The notes under the pieces are model-generated. The model ran no database searches, was not told the DNA's origin, and was given only the letters and a program-made list of their open reading frames with translations. This document shows, in pieces, positions 45,453 through 58,640 of a DNA stretch of 64,000 bases. Position 1 is the first letter of the stretch, and each line of letters starts with the position of its first letter. The translations under genes and the position numbers were made by a program. Source of the DNA: Vicugna vicugna (Eukaryota); NCBI GenBank assembly GCA_013265495.1, contig MU061989.1, positions 2,050,384 to 2,114,383 on the forward strand, read 5' to 3'.

Positions 45453-46381
45453 AGCCTACAGGAGAGGGAGAGGGTCAGCAGGCTACAGAGAAGGAGAGGA
45501 TGGTGCCCTGTAGCTGCAGTCGCCCAGCCCTGAGTGCTAACCCCTACCCACTCATAACCGAGACAAATCCTGCACCGGAATTGCATCAAGTACGCATTTA
45601 ACTCAACTAAATTCAAGACGGAAAGAAAAATCCTGTTCTTTGCCCATCACATTCTGCCAACTAGGTCAGGGCCTTCAAGGCCACAGAAAAAGGGGAATCA
45701 CAGCTCAATTGCAAACAGAAGAGCTATTCCTCCCTGTGTAAGGGATGTTCAAGGGGAATTTTGACTGGGCATGATTTTCTAATTTTTGTTACATTCTCTG
45801 ATTTTGGAACTCCAAGCTGAGGTGTAACTTCACTGCAATCACTTTTATTTAATGAGCAACTGTAAAGTACCTTCTAAAAGTATCAGGGTAGAAGAGAAAG
45901 AACTGCTCTTTAGAATCAGACAGACCCTGGTTTGGGTCCTGGTAGTGTGAACACTGGCAGGGCAGTGAACCTCTCTGAACCTCAGAGTCTTCGTTTATAA
46001 AACCAGTGACCATTCCTGCCTCACATGATTATGGGGAGGGTCAAGGGTAGAAGCACTCTGCAGTCTGTTTAGTATATTGGTTATTATCTGTCACATGAAC
46101 AAATTTCTTTTTCTCCCTCTGGGGACTGTGATGTGCTCAGCCATTGCCCATGCGGCTGTGCCAGGGCTCCATGCCTGCCACAGTTCTTAAGAACTCTCAA
46201 TAGCTCCCCACCCCCTCTTTGGGACTCTGCAGCTGCAGCTGCTGTTTGTCAGGCTCAGACCACTTAATATTCAGCTCCAGGGGCAACAAAACTTTGGGCA
46301 CAGGCAGGGGCCAGGCATCTGTCTCCCCAAGACTTGGGTACAAGCAGCAGGAGGGCCTGGCAGGAGAGGGCAGCCCGAAGG

Positions 46382-46397
46382 CTCCAGCAGGGGGCCC
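46382..46397 (+). promoter_or_regulatory. CTCF-like motif
   Basis: CTCCAGCAGGGGGCCC. Confidence 0.4.
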
Positions 46398-47759
46398 AAA
46401 GGCAGGAGGCTTTCCGGCATCCCCGTTTGTGGCCTGTCCCCTTGTCCTGCCTGCCCTCTGTTTGGACGGAGAGAGACTCATTATCCAGTTAGATGCCAGG
46501 CAGTGAGAGGAGGAAGCTAATTATGCCAACGCTGGCTAATTAATGCTGTCTTTCCTATTAACATTCTCTAGAGTGCTCCATTTCAATTAGATGGTCTGTC
46601 CGGGAAGATAGGGGGCTGCCGTCAACCCGAAGAAAGTGCGGAAGAGAGGGTGAGGGGAAGGAGGGAAACAGAGACAGAAAGGCAGGACATGGGAAAGATG
46701 AGAGACAGAGAAAGAAAACAGGAGAGAGATGCAGAGGAGAGTGGAATTAGGGGGCGGGAGTTGGAGACACAGATGCAAATAGAGAAACAGAAGAGTGAGT
46801 GAGGAGGGACCAAGTGTGGGAGGGAGAAGAGTGGAAGATGTGAAAGGGGGAGAGGCCAGGAAGGTACAGGAGCTGCTCCTGTAATATGTAAGATTCCTAT
46901 GGAGGTAATAATTAAAGTTCCCATTTCTGTTGCCCTAACACGAGCTGGTGGAGGGGACCTGCTCTGAGGCCCAGTCTGTATTAGCAGAAGCTCATGGGTG
47001 TGAACCAGAGGCAGCTCAGACTCATCCCATCTCCAGAGGGCAAACCCAAGTCTGCACATGGAGGTGGGGGTGTGTGGGACCCTCACCTCACTCCCAGCTC
47101 CGGAAGGAGGAAGCTGATGGTAATGTGGTGGAGAGGGGCAGGGGCTGCCTTTGCAGTATTTCTGGAAACTAAGTCCATCCACTGGCCCCCAGCCTCAGCC
47201 TGCCTTGCCCAGGGTACAGTGTACAGTTTTGCTGTGTGAGGAGGTCAAAGGCTCTGAGTCACATCAGCACTCCCTGGGTGACCTGGGGGCTCCTCTGTCC
47301 CAGTGCTACTCCACTAAGAATGCCACTCCCTTCCCCAGGTGTCCAAGTTTAAAACATCTTTGAAGGCCTTGCTCAAGTGTCACCTCTGCCAACAAGCCTT
47401 CCCAGATCTGAAACCCAGTCCCTGCCCCCAGCTACGTGTCTAAGCTTCTCACCACACTTGGAGGGTAAAAATTACTTAGGGAGGGAGAGGCAGTGTAGCA
47501 GAGTGTCAAGAGCCATGGTTTTGGAGGCAGACGGACTTGGATGCAAAACCCAGCTGTATGACTTAGGGCAGTCGGTGTAACATTTCTGAGCCTCAGTTTT
47601 TCCATCTGTAAAACAGGGCTAACAGTATTCACTACAGAGATTGCTGGATGATACACACAGTGCCTGGGAGGTCTAAGTGCTTGGGAAATGACATCTACTA
47701 TTCTCATACACTCCGCTTCTCCCCAAAGGCTGTGAAGTCCTAAAACGCCCATGTGGCCC

Positions 47760-48272
47760 ATTGTATTTGCCAAAGATGGCCACAACAGTATCTCGCATCT
47801 CACATGTTTTTCTCATGATGTGACTTTAAGACTTCTCCTGTCAAGAAGTAATGTCTGCCTTCCTTCTCCTTGAACCTGGGTGGGCTATGACCACAGCAGA
47901 GTGGTGCTCTGTGCCTTCTGAGGCTAGATAAAAAGGGAGATGCAGCCTCCACCTGGCTCACTTGGAACACTCAGCCTTGGAACCCAGCTGCCATGCTGTG
48001 AGGGAGTCCACGCAGAGACCACATGGAGGAGCTCCTGCTGACAACCTGGCTGATAGTCAGCATCAACCACCATGTGAATGAAAATGTCCCCAGTGATTCC
48101 AGCCCCCCAGCCTTCAAGTCTTCTCAGCTGAGGCCCAGGTACTATGGAGTCAAGCTAAGCCACCCTCTCCTGTACCTTAACCTGGCCCACAGAACTCAAG
48201 AACATAATATATCAGTTGTCACACATTACTAAGCTTTGGGATAGTTTGTTCCATATAAACGGTAACTGGACA
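47760..48272 (+). mobile_element. MaLR LTR (MLT1-type)
   Basis: tgtatttgccaaagatggcc...gaacccagctgccatgctgtgagg...gtaactggaca. Confidence 0.8.
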
Positions 48273-49618
48273 ATTTCAATGGAACCCTGTCCCATAGGTG
48301 TGACTCCGTGCCCTGCCCTGCAGACAGCACTTGCTAGATTTAAGTGATCAGAAAATTGAATGTAGCCATTCTGCCTCCCAATGAGAGCCCCACAGCCCAG
48401 CGGACATGAACTCCAAGGGAGCAGGGCCTTGGCTGTTGTGTTCCCTGCTGCATTCCCATGGCCTAAAATACCCCTGGGAGAGGGAGGCTGGTCAGTGCTT
48501 AGCAGATATTTGTTAAATGAAAGAAGGAAAAGGAATCTCTGAAGAAGCTGGGTTAGATATTAGGTAGAACTTTCCCCTGGACAGAGGGTAGTCAGACACC
48601 AAACAGTATAAGTGTTGGGCAGAGAATATGGTTTCTTCTGCCTCGGCTGGCGGGGATCTTGGGGAGTATGAGATGGATGAGCAGGAAGTGGCCCTGCTGA
48701 GTTATTTGTCTATTACTGCCCCGCCCTCTCCCCCCAGCCTCCATGCCCGCCTTCCCGGTCTCCTCCTGGAAAGAAAAGATGCCACGTGGAAAATCCCACC
48801 AGACTGGTGGGTGACTGACATGGCTCCAGGCCTGGCTCATCCTCCAACTTTCTGTGTGGCACTGGGCATGTCCCGTGTCCTCTTGGTGCCCTGTCTCCCC
48901 CATGGGGCAGTGGGACGGCAAAAGCCGAGGTCCCTCCAGCTGTGAAAACTCCAGAATTTCTGAGAAACCCTGCTCTGCAGGCCAAGGAGGGTGAATACAG
49001 TCTGAGAGACTCCACCAAACCAAGGGCAGCCCGGCTGGCATGTGGGGTCTGACACCAATGCCTCCCCTGGCAACCACCTTCTCAGGCCCCTCCCCAGGAT
49101 GGGCAGCAAATAGCAAATTTGTTTTCCTTTCTCTCTCAAGTGATGGGAATTGATTAGCTTAGTGAAGAGCTCCAGCTGCTCCGTGGAAAGGAGATAAGGA
49201 TGGCTTCTTCGATACCTGTCACTGGTTCAGACAAAGAGCCCGAAATAGGACTGTGATCATGCCTCTGTGATCTCCCATTAGGTGCTCCTGCTCAGCAGCC
49301 GGCGTATGTGCTCTCCCCCTCCCTCTCCATCTGTCACCTGCACACACTCAGAGATAGTCAGAACTTAACTCTGGGCCTCCCAGGAGCCCATGAACCAAGA
49401 TGGACACACATCCATGGAACAGGGTCTCCCTCCTCTTGGGAAAAGCAAGTGGGGGCAGTCATCTAAAAGGGAACAGTAGACTCTGGGGAGACTTTTAAGA
49501 AAGAACCTGGCTCAGTTCCAAGGGCCAGGCTTGGGGCAACCCAAGGGCCTATGTGTAGCATCATCCCAATTTTATAACAGAAAAATATCTGCATATATAT
49601 GCATTAAAAAACATTAAT

Positions 49619-49770
49619 GGAGGAGGGTATAGCTCAATGGTACAGTGCATGCTTAGCATGCACAAGGTCCTGCGTTCAATCCCCAGTACCTCCATTAAAA
49701 TAAATCATTAAATAAATAAATCTAATTACCCCCAAACAAAAACAAACAAACAAACAATAAATAAATATTT
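49619..49770 (+). mobile_element. tRNA-Ala-derived camelid SINE inserted in an old L1 3' end
   Basis: GGAGGAGGGTATAGCTCAATGG...GCTTAGCATGC...GTTCAATCCCC, (CAAA)n tail; imperfect AAAAAC..ATTAAT TSD. Confidence 0.85.
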
Positions 49771-51371
49771 TTAAAAACTTATTAATAGTGGTTATCTCTG
49801 CCTGGGAGGATTATGGGTGATTTTTATTTTCTTCTTTATACTTGTCTGTTTCCAATTTTTTCTACAATGGTCAGGTACAGCCTTATTTTTAGAATCAGAA
49901 ATAAATGTTATTTTAAAATAGGACATGTGTATATGTGTGTAGAAGAGATTTTGCTAACAACTTTCAACTCTGAGAGGAGTTTCTATAAGAGGCATGGGAG
50001 GCCAGAGGGTTCTGTCCTCCAAGGAGAGGAAGGAAGGCGAATTGCTCAAGTTGCAGCAGGAAAGATCCTGGTTAGAAAGCAGGACCTGGGGAGAGAGGGA
50101 GGTGGCCAATGCCCAACAGCTGAGGGAGGGTGGAATCTTCTATTACCCTGAGATGGAGAGAGGGGTCTTTAAAATGAGCATAAAGTAGATCATGGCTCAT
50201 TGGACCCAGAAGGGGCATCAAAGCACACCTGGTCCAACTCCTTCATTTCACAGCTAAAGAAACTAAACCCAGCAAAGAGAAGGGACTTACCCAAGGTCAT
50301 ATTTCAATGGCAGAGCCAGGACTCTTGGCTCAAAGGAGTGCTCAGTCTGCTCCAACACCAGATTCTGGGGGCAGTTTTTGGCAGTCCCAGGGAACAACCA
50401 GGCTTGGGGAAGATGACATGTGGACCCGAAGAGCCAACATAAAGAAGCTATTTTTAAGGTCTAGGAAAGAAGCATTCTTTAAGCCACAAGCCAGATGGAC
50501 ATCCCCCATCTAGACAGAATCGGGCTTTGGTGGGAGGCGGTGTTGCCTCAAAGACACCCCCTAAGCCCCCCACTGGGCCCTGCTCTTCTCCAGAATGGCT
50601 CCTGGGCATGTGGCCCCATGCCAGAGTCTGCCTGTAGCCCTGTTTACGACTTCCCTCCTTCTGACAAAGGGTGGCAGAACTCCTCGTTCTGCATTCCCCC
50701 ATCCCAGGCAGACTATTAAAATGTAATCAGAAAAATCACATTAGCCATGCAGATTCGGCTTAAAACACGTATATGTATATATAATTTAATGGCAATTAGG
50801 AGCTCATCAGCTTTTTCTTCCTGTCTCAGGGTGTTTTGCTTCCCTGGTTCAGCTCTGGTCCTTCGAAACATCTTGGGGTCTTTGATTCTCCTACCCTAGG
50901 CTGAGAGATTTGGGCAGAAGTTCAAAATGAGATATTTTGAGTCAAACAACTCCATTTCCTCCTGACGTGCCGAAGTGGAGACGTTGTACCTTTCTCCACT
51001 CCCTGGTCATGAGCTGCCTCTTTGGTGGATTCAGCTCATCTGAGGTGGAGAAGAGAGGAAAGGAAAGAGGAGGGCTCAGTCCCTCTTAGACTTCATTATC
51101 CTAAATCCTAATACCCTGTCTTCTGAGAGTCGGCCACCCTCTGTATGCCCCAGCTACACGCCTGCCATCCAGAATTCCAAATTCTTCTCGCAGAACTGGG
51201 TACTCCATCTCAGGCCGGGAGGCTGCAGAAACATTGGAGACATGGTGGTAAAACTGGGTCAGAAATCACACGGATGGGGTGAAGCCAAAAGCCCAGCTGG
51301 CTTAATGCAGAAACTCTGACACCCATGAAAATAATCATAACATAATAATTAGCGTCTACTTTGTGCAAGTA

Positions 51372-53072
51372 CCCTCTCTCCTACTCTCATCAGCCCTGCA
51401 AGGGAGGCGTTATAAGCATCCCCATTCTACAGAGTAATAAACAGTCAGAGAGGTTAAGTGGCTCCCTTGTGGTCACACAGCTAATAAGGGGCAGAGATAG
51501 CATTTGAACCTCAGGTCTACCAATCCAGAAGCCCATGTTCTTGCCATTCTAAGCAGCCCTTGAGTTCCTGGAGAGCCGAGGTGTCAGTATGCACTGAAGA
51601 AGCCCACTGCCCTATAGCAAGCCTGCAGTATCCCCATAAGACCTGAAATCACTCAGGTCTCAGCAGTTCTGCTCTCAGTAGGCAGTAGCTCGGGGCATGA
51701 TGCAAAGAAGTCTCCACCAGTCTCACAAACCTGGCCTTCCCTTCAAGGGAAACATGGGTGTGATGGTTGATTTTATGTGTCAGTTTGCCTGGGCCATGGG
51801 AGGCCCAGACATTTGACCAAACGTGATTCTGGAGGTACAGTCTGAGGAAAGCAGATGGCCCTCCTGAATGTGAGTGGCCTCATCCAATCAGTTGAAGATC
51901 TGAATGGAATAAAAAGGCTGAGTGAGAGGGAACAATTTCTGCTCACTGCCTGAACTGGGACATTGGTCTTTTCCAGCCTTCAGACTCGGACTGAAACAGC
52001 GGCTCTTCCTGGGTCTCGAGCCTGCTGGCTTTTAGACAGAAATTTACACCATCGACTCTCCTGGGTCCCAGCTTACCAATTGCAGACCTTGAGATGCCTC
52101 AACTTCTCAGTGCCTCTATCTATCTTTATCTATCTATCTATCTATCTATCNNNNNNNNNNNNNNNNNNNNNNNNNNNNNNNNNNNNNNNNNNNNNNNNNN
52201 NNNNNNNNNNNNNNNNNNNNNNNNNNNNNNNNNNNNNNNNNNNNNNNNNNNNNNNNNNNNNNNNNNNNNNNNNNNNNNNNNNNNNNNNNNNNNNNNNNNN
52301 NNNNNNNNNNNNNNNNNNNNNNNNNNNNNNNNNNNNNNNNNNCCCTCTCTCCTACTCTCATCAGCCCTGCAAGGGAGGCGTTATAAGCATCCCCATTCTA
52401 CAGAGTAATAAACAGTCAGAGAGGTTAAGTGGCTCCCTTGTGGTCACACAGCTAATAAGGGGCAGAGATAGCATTTGAACCTCAGGTCTACCAATCCAGA
52501 AGCCCATGTTCTTGCCATTCTAAGCAGCCCTTGAGTTCCTGGAGAGCCGAGGTGTCAGTATGCACTGAAGAAGCCCACTGCCCTATAGCAAGCCTGCAGT
52601 ATCCCCATAAGACCTGAAATCACTCAGGTCTCAGCAGTTCTGCTCTCAGTAGGCAGTAGCTCGGGGCATGATGCAAAGAAGTCTCCACCAGTCTCACAAA
52701 CCTGGCCTTCCCTTCAAGGGAAACATGGGTGTGATGGTTGATTTTATGTGTCAGTTTGCCTGGGCCATGGGAGGCCCAGACATTTGACCAAACGTGATTC
52801 TGGAGGTACAGTCTGAGGAAAGCAGATGGCCCTCCTGAATGTGAGTGGCCTCATCCAATCAGTTGAAGATCTGAATGGAATAAAAAGGCTGAGTGAGAGG
52901 GAACAATTTCTGCTCACTGCCTGAACTGGGACATTGGTCTTTTCCAGCCTTCAGACTCGGACTGAAACAGCGGCTCTTCCTGGGTCTCGAGCCTGCTGGC
53001 TTTTAGACAGAAATTTACACCATCGACTCTCCTGGGTCCCAGCTTACCAATTGCAGACCTTGAGATGCCTCA
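51372..53072. repeat. Apparently identical 730-bp direct duplication (51372-52101 = 52343-53072) flanked by gaps
   Basis: Offset 971 bp; both ends of the second copy abut N-runs. Confidence 0.9.
51759..52150 (+). mobile_element. MLT2 (ERVL) LTR with (TATC)n; duplicated at 52730-53072; 3' end at 53207-53232
   Basis: tgtgatggttgattttatgtgtca...ccaatcagttgaag...; ggagaaccctcactaataga terminus. Confidence 0.8.
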
Positions 53073-53440
53073 NNNNNNNNNNNNNNNNNNNNNNNNNNNN
53101 NNNNNNNNNNNNNNNNNNNNNNNNNNNNNNNNNNNNNNNNNNNNNNNNNNNNNNNNNNNNNNNNNNNNNNNNNNNNNNNNNNNNNNNNNNNNNNNNNNNN
53201 NNNNNNTGTTTAGGAGAACCCTCACTAATAGAATTTCCCCAGAGGGAAAGTGCAGGTGAAGCAGGGAGCCCCATCCTGGCAGCTAGATCCTAGGACCCTT
53301 CTGGAGACTTCTCTCAAGAAGCCCCAAGTCCTATCCAGAATCTCAAATGAAAATGGCAATACAGGGAATGCCCTCCAAATCCATAGATTTGCACCATCAG
53401 ACCTCCTACCCGCTAAAAATACCTCTCCTGCTGGCTAAAT

Positions 53441-53459
53441 TTGCCAGCAGAGGGCAGGA
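53441..53459 (+). promoter_or_regulatory. CTCF motif
   Basis: TTGCCAGCAGAGGGCAGGA. Confidence 0.55.
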
Positions 53460-54149
53460 TATTCAGAGGGATGTACATGACCACCTCCCCCTTGCAAAGG
53501 AAATCTGGGCTTATTTATTGAGAGCCCAGATGGGTTGGGAGGGGAAAGGCAGCTGGGGGAGGGCTCTGTGGTGAGCCTGTCCCTGCCTCTCATTTCTCAG
53601 AGAGGGGCAGGCTGCAGAGATGGAGCCCACGAAGGACGGCTGGCTTCCCCAGGCTGACAGCTGGTGAGGAAACTGGGCACTGACTCGTAAGCTCACAGCT
53701 CAATATATATCAAGCAAACAAGCTTTGCTCTCATCAATATATCACCCGGGGAAACGTCCCAGCCAGCGCCAGAGGAACCCAATATTAATGGTCATGACAG
53801 CCTAAATTTCCGCCATTCCACGTGCTCTCTCTCTGGTGGGCTCAGTGGAATAGAACTGGTCCCCCAACACCAAGAGGGAAATCAGGTACTAAGAGCCTGA
53901 TTTTCAGGGAGAAAGAGGGACAGACCTGGGTTTGAACACTGGTTCTGCCACTAGCTGGGTGTCTTGGGCAAGTCTCAGTTTCCTCACCTCAATGGGGTGG
54001 TGACACCCTGCTCACTGAGTCACAGCAGCTGGTATGGTCACCATGGGCTTCAAAGCTGGGAAGAGCCCCAAACCCGGCCCTTGCTTGTGGGCAGGTCTAC
54101 AAGTCGGCTGGAATTACCTCTTCATTCTCCGCTACCTCGGCCCTCAGAC

Positions 54150-54320
54150 TTCAACACAGATCAGTCACTGGGTGCACTTGTTAAAATACAAACTCCTGAG
54201 TCGGACACTAGATTCAGTCCATCAGGCTGTCAGGGGTAGAGCCCAGGAACCTGTATTTATACCACCTCTCCAGGCGGTTCTTTGGCTGGTGGTCCAGGAG
54301 CAGTCTTTGAAAGACTGATG
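54150..54320. mobile_element. MER5-like MITE
   Basis: gcacttgttaaaatacaaactcctgag...cccaggaacctgtattt. Confidence 0.6.
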
Positions 54321-57300
54321 CCCTGGCCACCCACCCCAGTTCCCAGTAGCTTCTTCCAGCAGGTGACCTTGCCTGTGGGGGCTCCCCCTGCTGGAGCCCG
54401 CGCTAGCCTCTCCTCAGGCTTGTCCTACTCCTTGGCTCTGAGGACAGGCTTGGGTTCTTGGACCTCTGGCCGGGGTTCACTCCTCAAAGCACCTCTTCCT
54501 CCAGCCATGAGGAGGGAAGAAACGATGGCATCTGGACCAGGAACAGGACTTTATGTCCAGAGAAGGGGCACACACAGGCTGCCCAGATCTGCCAACCCAC
54601 TCTTCCTGGTGGGGGCGGGCCAGGCCGGGAAATAAAACAGACAGCCAGTGGCTTACTCCCTGCCAGGCCCCATGCAAGGGCACTGCTGTGTGCCCGGCCC
54701 TGGGTGCTCTACTTGCTTGTGCCAGTCTGATCCAGCCTCAGCGCCACAAGGCAGCTCGCAGGAGTGGGGCTGGGATCTGAGCCTCTGCAGGCCGGACTCA
54801 GAGCCCCTCCTTTCGGCCACTTTGCTCCACTGTCAAAAGGGATTCCACCCACCGACCCACTCTTGTCCCCCCCTTACTCCCCACCCCATTCTACCTGCAC
54901 AGCTCAGGCCTCACGGCCTAGACCCATCAGGCCTGTCCACCAAGAATTCTTGCATCTCTGAGGAAAAGGCAATAAAAGCTTAATAAAACCAGCAATACTT
55001 ACAGAACCCGTGAAATACAGCCAGGCCCCAAGACACCCCTCACCCAAGGATCAGAAACATCCTGAAAACCCTCAGTGCGTGCCTCGGCCAACCTGTCCAG
55101 GCCACCCCCTCGCACCACCTCTCCCCCATCCCCAGTCCCAGATGCTGGCTGCTGCCTAGAATTCTGTGGGAGCAGGAGGGCCTGCTGGGCCAAGCATCCA
55201 GTCAGCTCCCCAGCCCCCAGACTGCTAGATTAATAAAAAAATGAAAAACATCCCCACAAAATACGACCAATAACAATGGCCATAAAAGCCAAATTGGATT
55301 CCTTTCTGGCTGATGAGCTTAGGGCCCTTCTCTCTCTGAGACCCGATTAACAAATATGTAAAACAATTCCCCCTGCATCTCCGCTCTGGCTCCAGCCAGC
55401 TCTTCCTTTGGGCTCAAGCTCAGGGACAGAGGAGGAGGCGTTAGCAGGGGGTGGGGGCCTGGGGCAGAAGAAGTGGCCCTGGAGGCTGGGAGTGGGGACC
55501 TGCCCTGCCACCAGCCTGTTGTGTTACCCAGAACAAGTCACTTAGCACCCCCGGATGGTGGTCCCCCATCCCTCAGGTGGTGGGTGGGGGGAGATGCTCT
55601 CTAAACTTCCCACCTCTGATTCTCAGCCGCTGCCCAAGATGGGGAGGCAGAGGAAGGGGAAAGGGCTCCCCTTCATCCCATTCAGAAGCTGTTGTGTAAC
55701 TGGGCGGGGGTGGGGGAGCACAGGGTGGGTCCTGATGTAACATCAAGCCAAGAAGCAGGAACAGCCAAATAGTGTGTGCTGGCCGGGTGCCGTCAGCTTT
55801 GATGGGACACAGCAGGTGGTCACCTGCCAGATCTTAGCTCTGGGGAAAGCTTCCGAGGCCGTTATTCCTCCTTCCCCCCTGGCACACCCAGACCACAGTC
55901 GTGGGTCCGGGGACATTGCAAGACTCTTCTTGGTCCCAAACCACAAAAGAGAAGCTTGAGGGTAAATTGGAAGCTAAAAGCAGACCATGCAAGGAACTGA
56001 ACCCACCACAACTCGTTTGGGATGGAGCCCTAGGATGGGGCTGTACTCCCAGCCCCACTATCTGGATAGAAAGTGAGAAACCTTAGAACCTGGGGCTCCC
56101 CCAGTCCCTGCCACCTGGGCTTGTGGAAGGAAAGAAGCACAGCAAGGAGATGCTGGCGGCTGCTCAGACCTTTGTGTCCCCAAGCCAGGGCCTCGATCCT
56201 GTCCTTGATTCTCTCGTCCTGGGAATTTCATGATACTGCATCTCTGTAGCAGCTTACAGCCTGAAGACCATTTTCATACAGGTTTTCTAGTCTTGGGAAT
56301 TATTTCCAATTTGCAAACAAGAAAATTGAGGCTAAAAGAAGTAAAAGGATTTATTTGAATCTAAATTCTGATAAGCTCAGTACTCATCTCACTGTATTAG
56401 ATTTTCTTTGAGTCTCACACGTTGGAAAACTCGGAGTTCTGGAGTCAGCCTTCCTAATCCCCACTGGCGTCTGCACATGTTGCTCCCACTCTGACCCCAG
56501 GGGCTGCCCCCAGAAGTCATTCTGGCCGCAGTCTTGGCACAACCCTGGCTGCAAGGAAGGGAGGAGAGAAGAAGCATCAGGGACTGACATCCAGCTTCAT
56601 CATCTTGGGTGTCCAGGTGGAAATGCACTTTCCATGCCTGAACAGACCAGTGGCTCTGGGGAAGGGCTTCCTGACTACCCTGCTGATTGACAGCTCAGGT
56701 ACATATTATGGGGAGAGAGAGGTCAGTCCAGAAGGTGCACTCAGTACCCCTCCATACCTGGGGCCAGCACAGAGGTCTTCTGACAAGGTGGAGAGTCTGA
56801 CACTGGCCCTCAGCTTCAGCCCGCCCTGCATGATGGTGCAGCTGCCTACAGAGACAGGAGCTGAGTGTCGGAGCTGCTCTGCTGGAGCAATGGGCCCAAG
56901 ATGCAGGGCAGACCTCCAAGTAACACCGACCCCTTCCCAGCTCTGCTACCTTTCCCATAAAATGCTTGGGAGATTCAGGACCCCAGAAACTCAGAACTGC
57001 TGCTCCTGGCCCCAGAGGCCAAGAAAGACCCAGTGAAGCTACCTGGGCTTAAGAATCTCAGACCCTTTCTGTCCCACCCCAACCCTGCTCAGTGATGCAG
57101 CGTTAGCCGAAGTTTTGTAGGATCTCTCTCCAAATCCTCCCACAATAGTGGGGCTCTGTCTCCTATTTGCTTGTGGCCTTCCTTCCTCCCTGGGCCTCAG
57201 TTTGCCCTTCTGTCAAATGGGAGAGCTGGACTCAGTGAACTTTTGGGTACTTCCCAGTTCTGTCATTTGGAGTCCTCAAAGGATCAGGACACAGAAGTGT

Positions 57301-58469
57301 GATAACAGAGAAGATGGAGTGGCTTAGGACTAGGGGAGCAGCTGGGAAGGTGAAGAGGACTGCAGATTTTTCAGGGTGCTGGGGCTGCAGCCTCCATCAG
57401 CTTTGCAGTCTTCTGGGTTCTGACCCCCGCAATGGCGAGGAGCCAGAGGAGCCCAGTGACCAGAGGGTCCTGCAGAACGAGGTGAGGGTAGAATATGCAG
57501 CAAGAAGGCAGGGTCCCTGACTCTGAAGTGAAGGATGTGCCAGGGGACAAGAACAGAATTTTTCACTTTGTCAGTACTTGGGGTCAGGTCCTGCCAAACC
57601 CAGGCTCTGGCTGTCAAAGTCCATCAGCCCCATTCACCAGTTCTACATTTACACATCCATTTACTCATTCCTTCATTCATCACCTTAATTCATTCACTTG
57701 CTGGTGCTTGTTATAGAAAATAAGGACTTTCTATTAAATCCACATTATCTTAACTTTGTGATGTCTTGAACTCCTTTCCTCCCGAAGGCTCCATGAACAT
57801 TCCCACCCCGGATCTATTCTCATGCTCATTAATGCGCAAGAGCGCCCTTTGACTGACGTGCCCCTGTTCATCACAGATTACCGACTCTCTTACTCTGGGA
57901 TCATCCACTCAAAGCCTCTGGAAGACCGGGTCACAAAGTCAGGAACGCTTGCAGGGAACATACAGCAACTACTAGCTTGCCATACTCTTCATCAACCAGC
58001 CTCCTTCCAGCTTCTCTGGTTGGAGAAGGGAAGGAGTTTTCAAAACCAGCAGATACTTCTCAACCAGAAAGTTCACACATATGATTATGTCCAGAGGGAT
58101 GCAAGTCCCAGCTGTATTAAATGGAGTGAGAAAGGGAAACTTCTGGATGAAAACCAGAAAAGCCCTGCCTGCCAGCCAGATGTTGCCCACATCTGGATAG
58201 TTGAAAAGTGATCTTGTTGTGTGGCTTGGTACTCGAGAAGCAAAAGGCCAATCCACATCACCCTGTCAACCAGGACACAGCCTGAGCCCATGTGTACAAA
58301 TTATCCAGATTACTGAAGGATCCAAAGGGTTGTTTGATTTCAATCATACTCGTCTGTAAAGACCCAAATCAAGTTAACATAAAGGCCAAAGCATGGGCCC
58401 CAATCATGGTATGATGGTTGTGCTGGCGGCCCCGTGGCCACCCTTGCCGGGCTCTGAGTCCTATCTCCG

Positions 58470-58640
58470 TGGCTTACTGGAAAACTGCTTAGTCTCTTTG
58501 TGCTTCACATTTCTCATCCTTAAAAGGAATAATAATAGTAGTTGTCTCATACAGCAGGCATGAGGATGCAATGAGATAATACCTCTAAACCTCTTAAGCC
58601 CAGAGCCTGGCAGGTAGTAAACAGGCAAAAATATGTTGGT
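58470..58640 (+). mobile_element. MIR
   Basis: tttctcatccttaaaaggaataataatagtagttg...aatgagataat. Confidence 0.65.

Noticed and set aside
36166-49700. tRNA-Ala(AGC)-like sequences as real tRNA genes
   Set aside because: They have mismatched stems, A-rich tails and TSDs, so they are SINE copies.
54380-54397. CTCF-like CCAGCAGGGGGAGC (minus strand)
   Set aside because: Mismatch at the conserved C of GGC; too weak without binding data.
57822-58256. 129-aa and 94-aa ORFs; a faint integrase-like word (LDNLYTWAQAVS) in a minus frame
   Set aside because: No recognisable domain or splice context, and the integrase resemblance does not extend. A tBLASTx/Dfam search would settle it.
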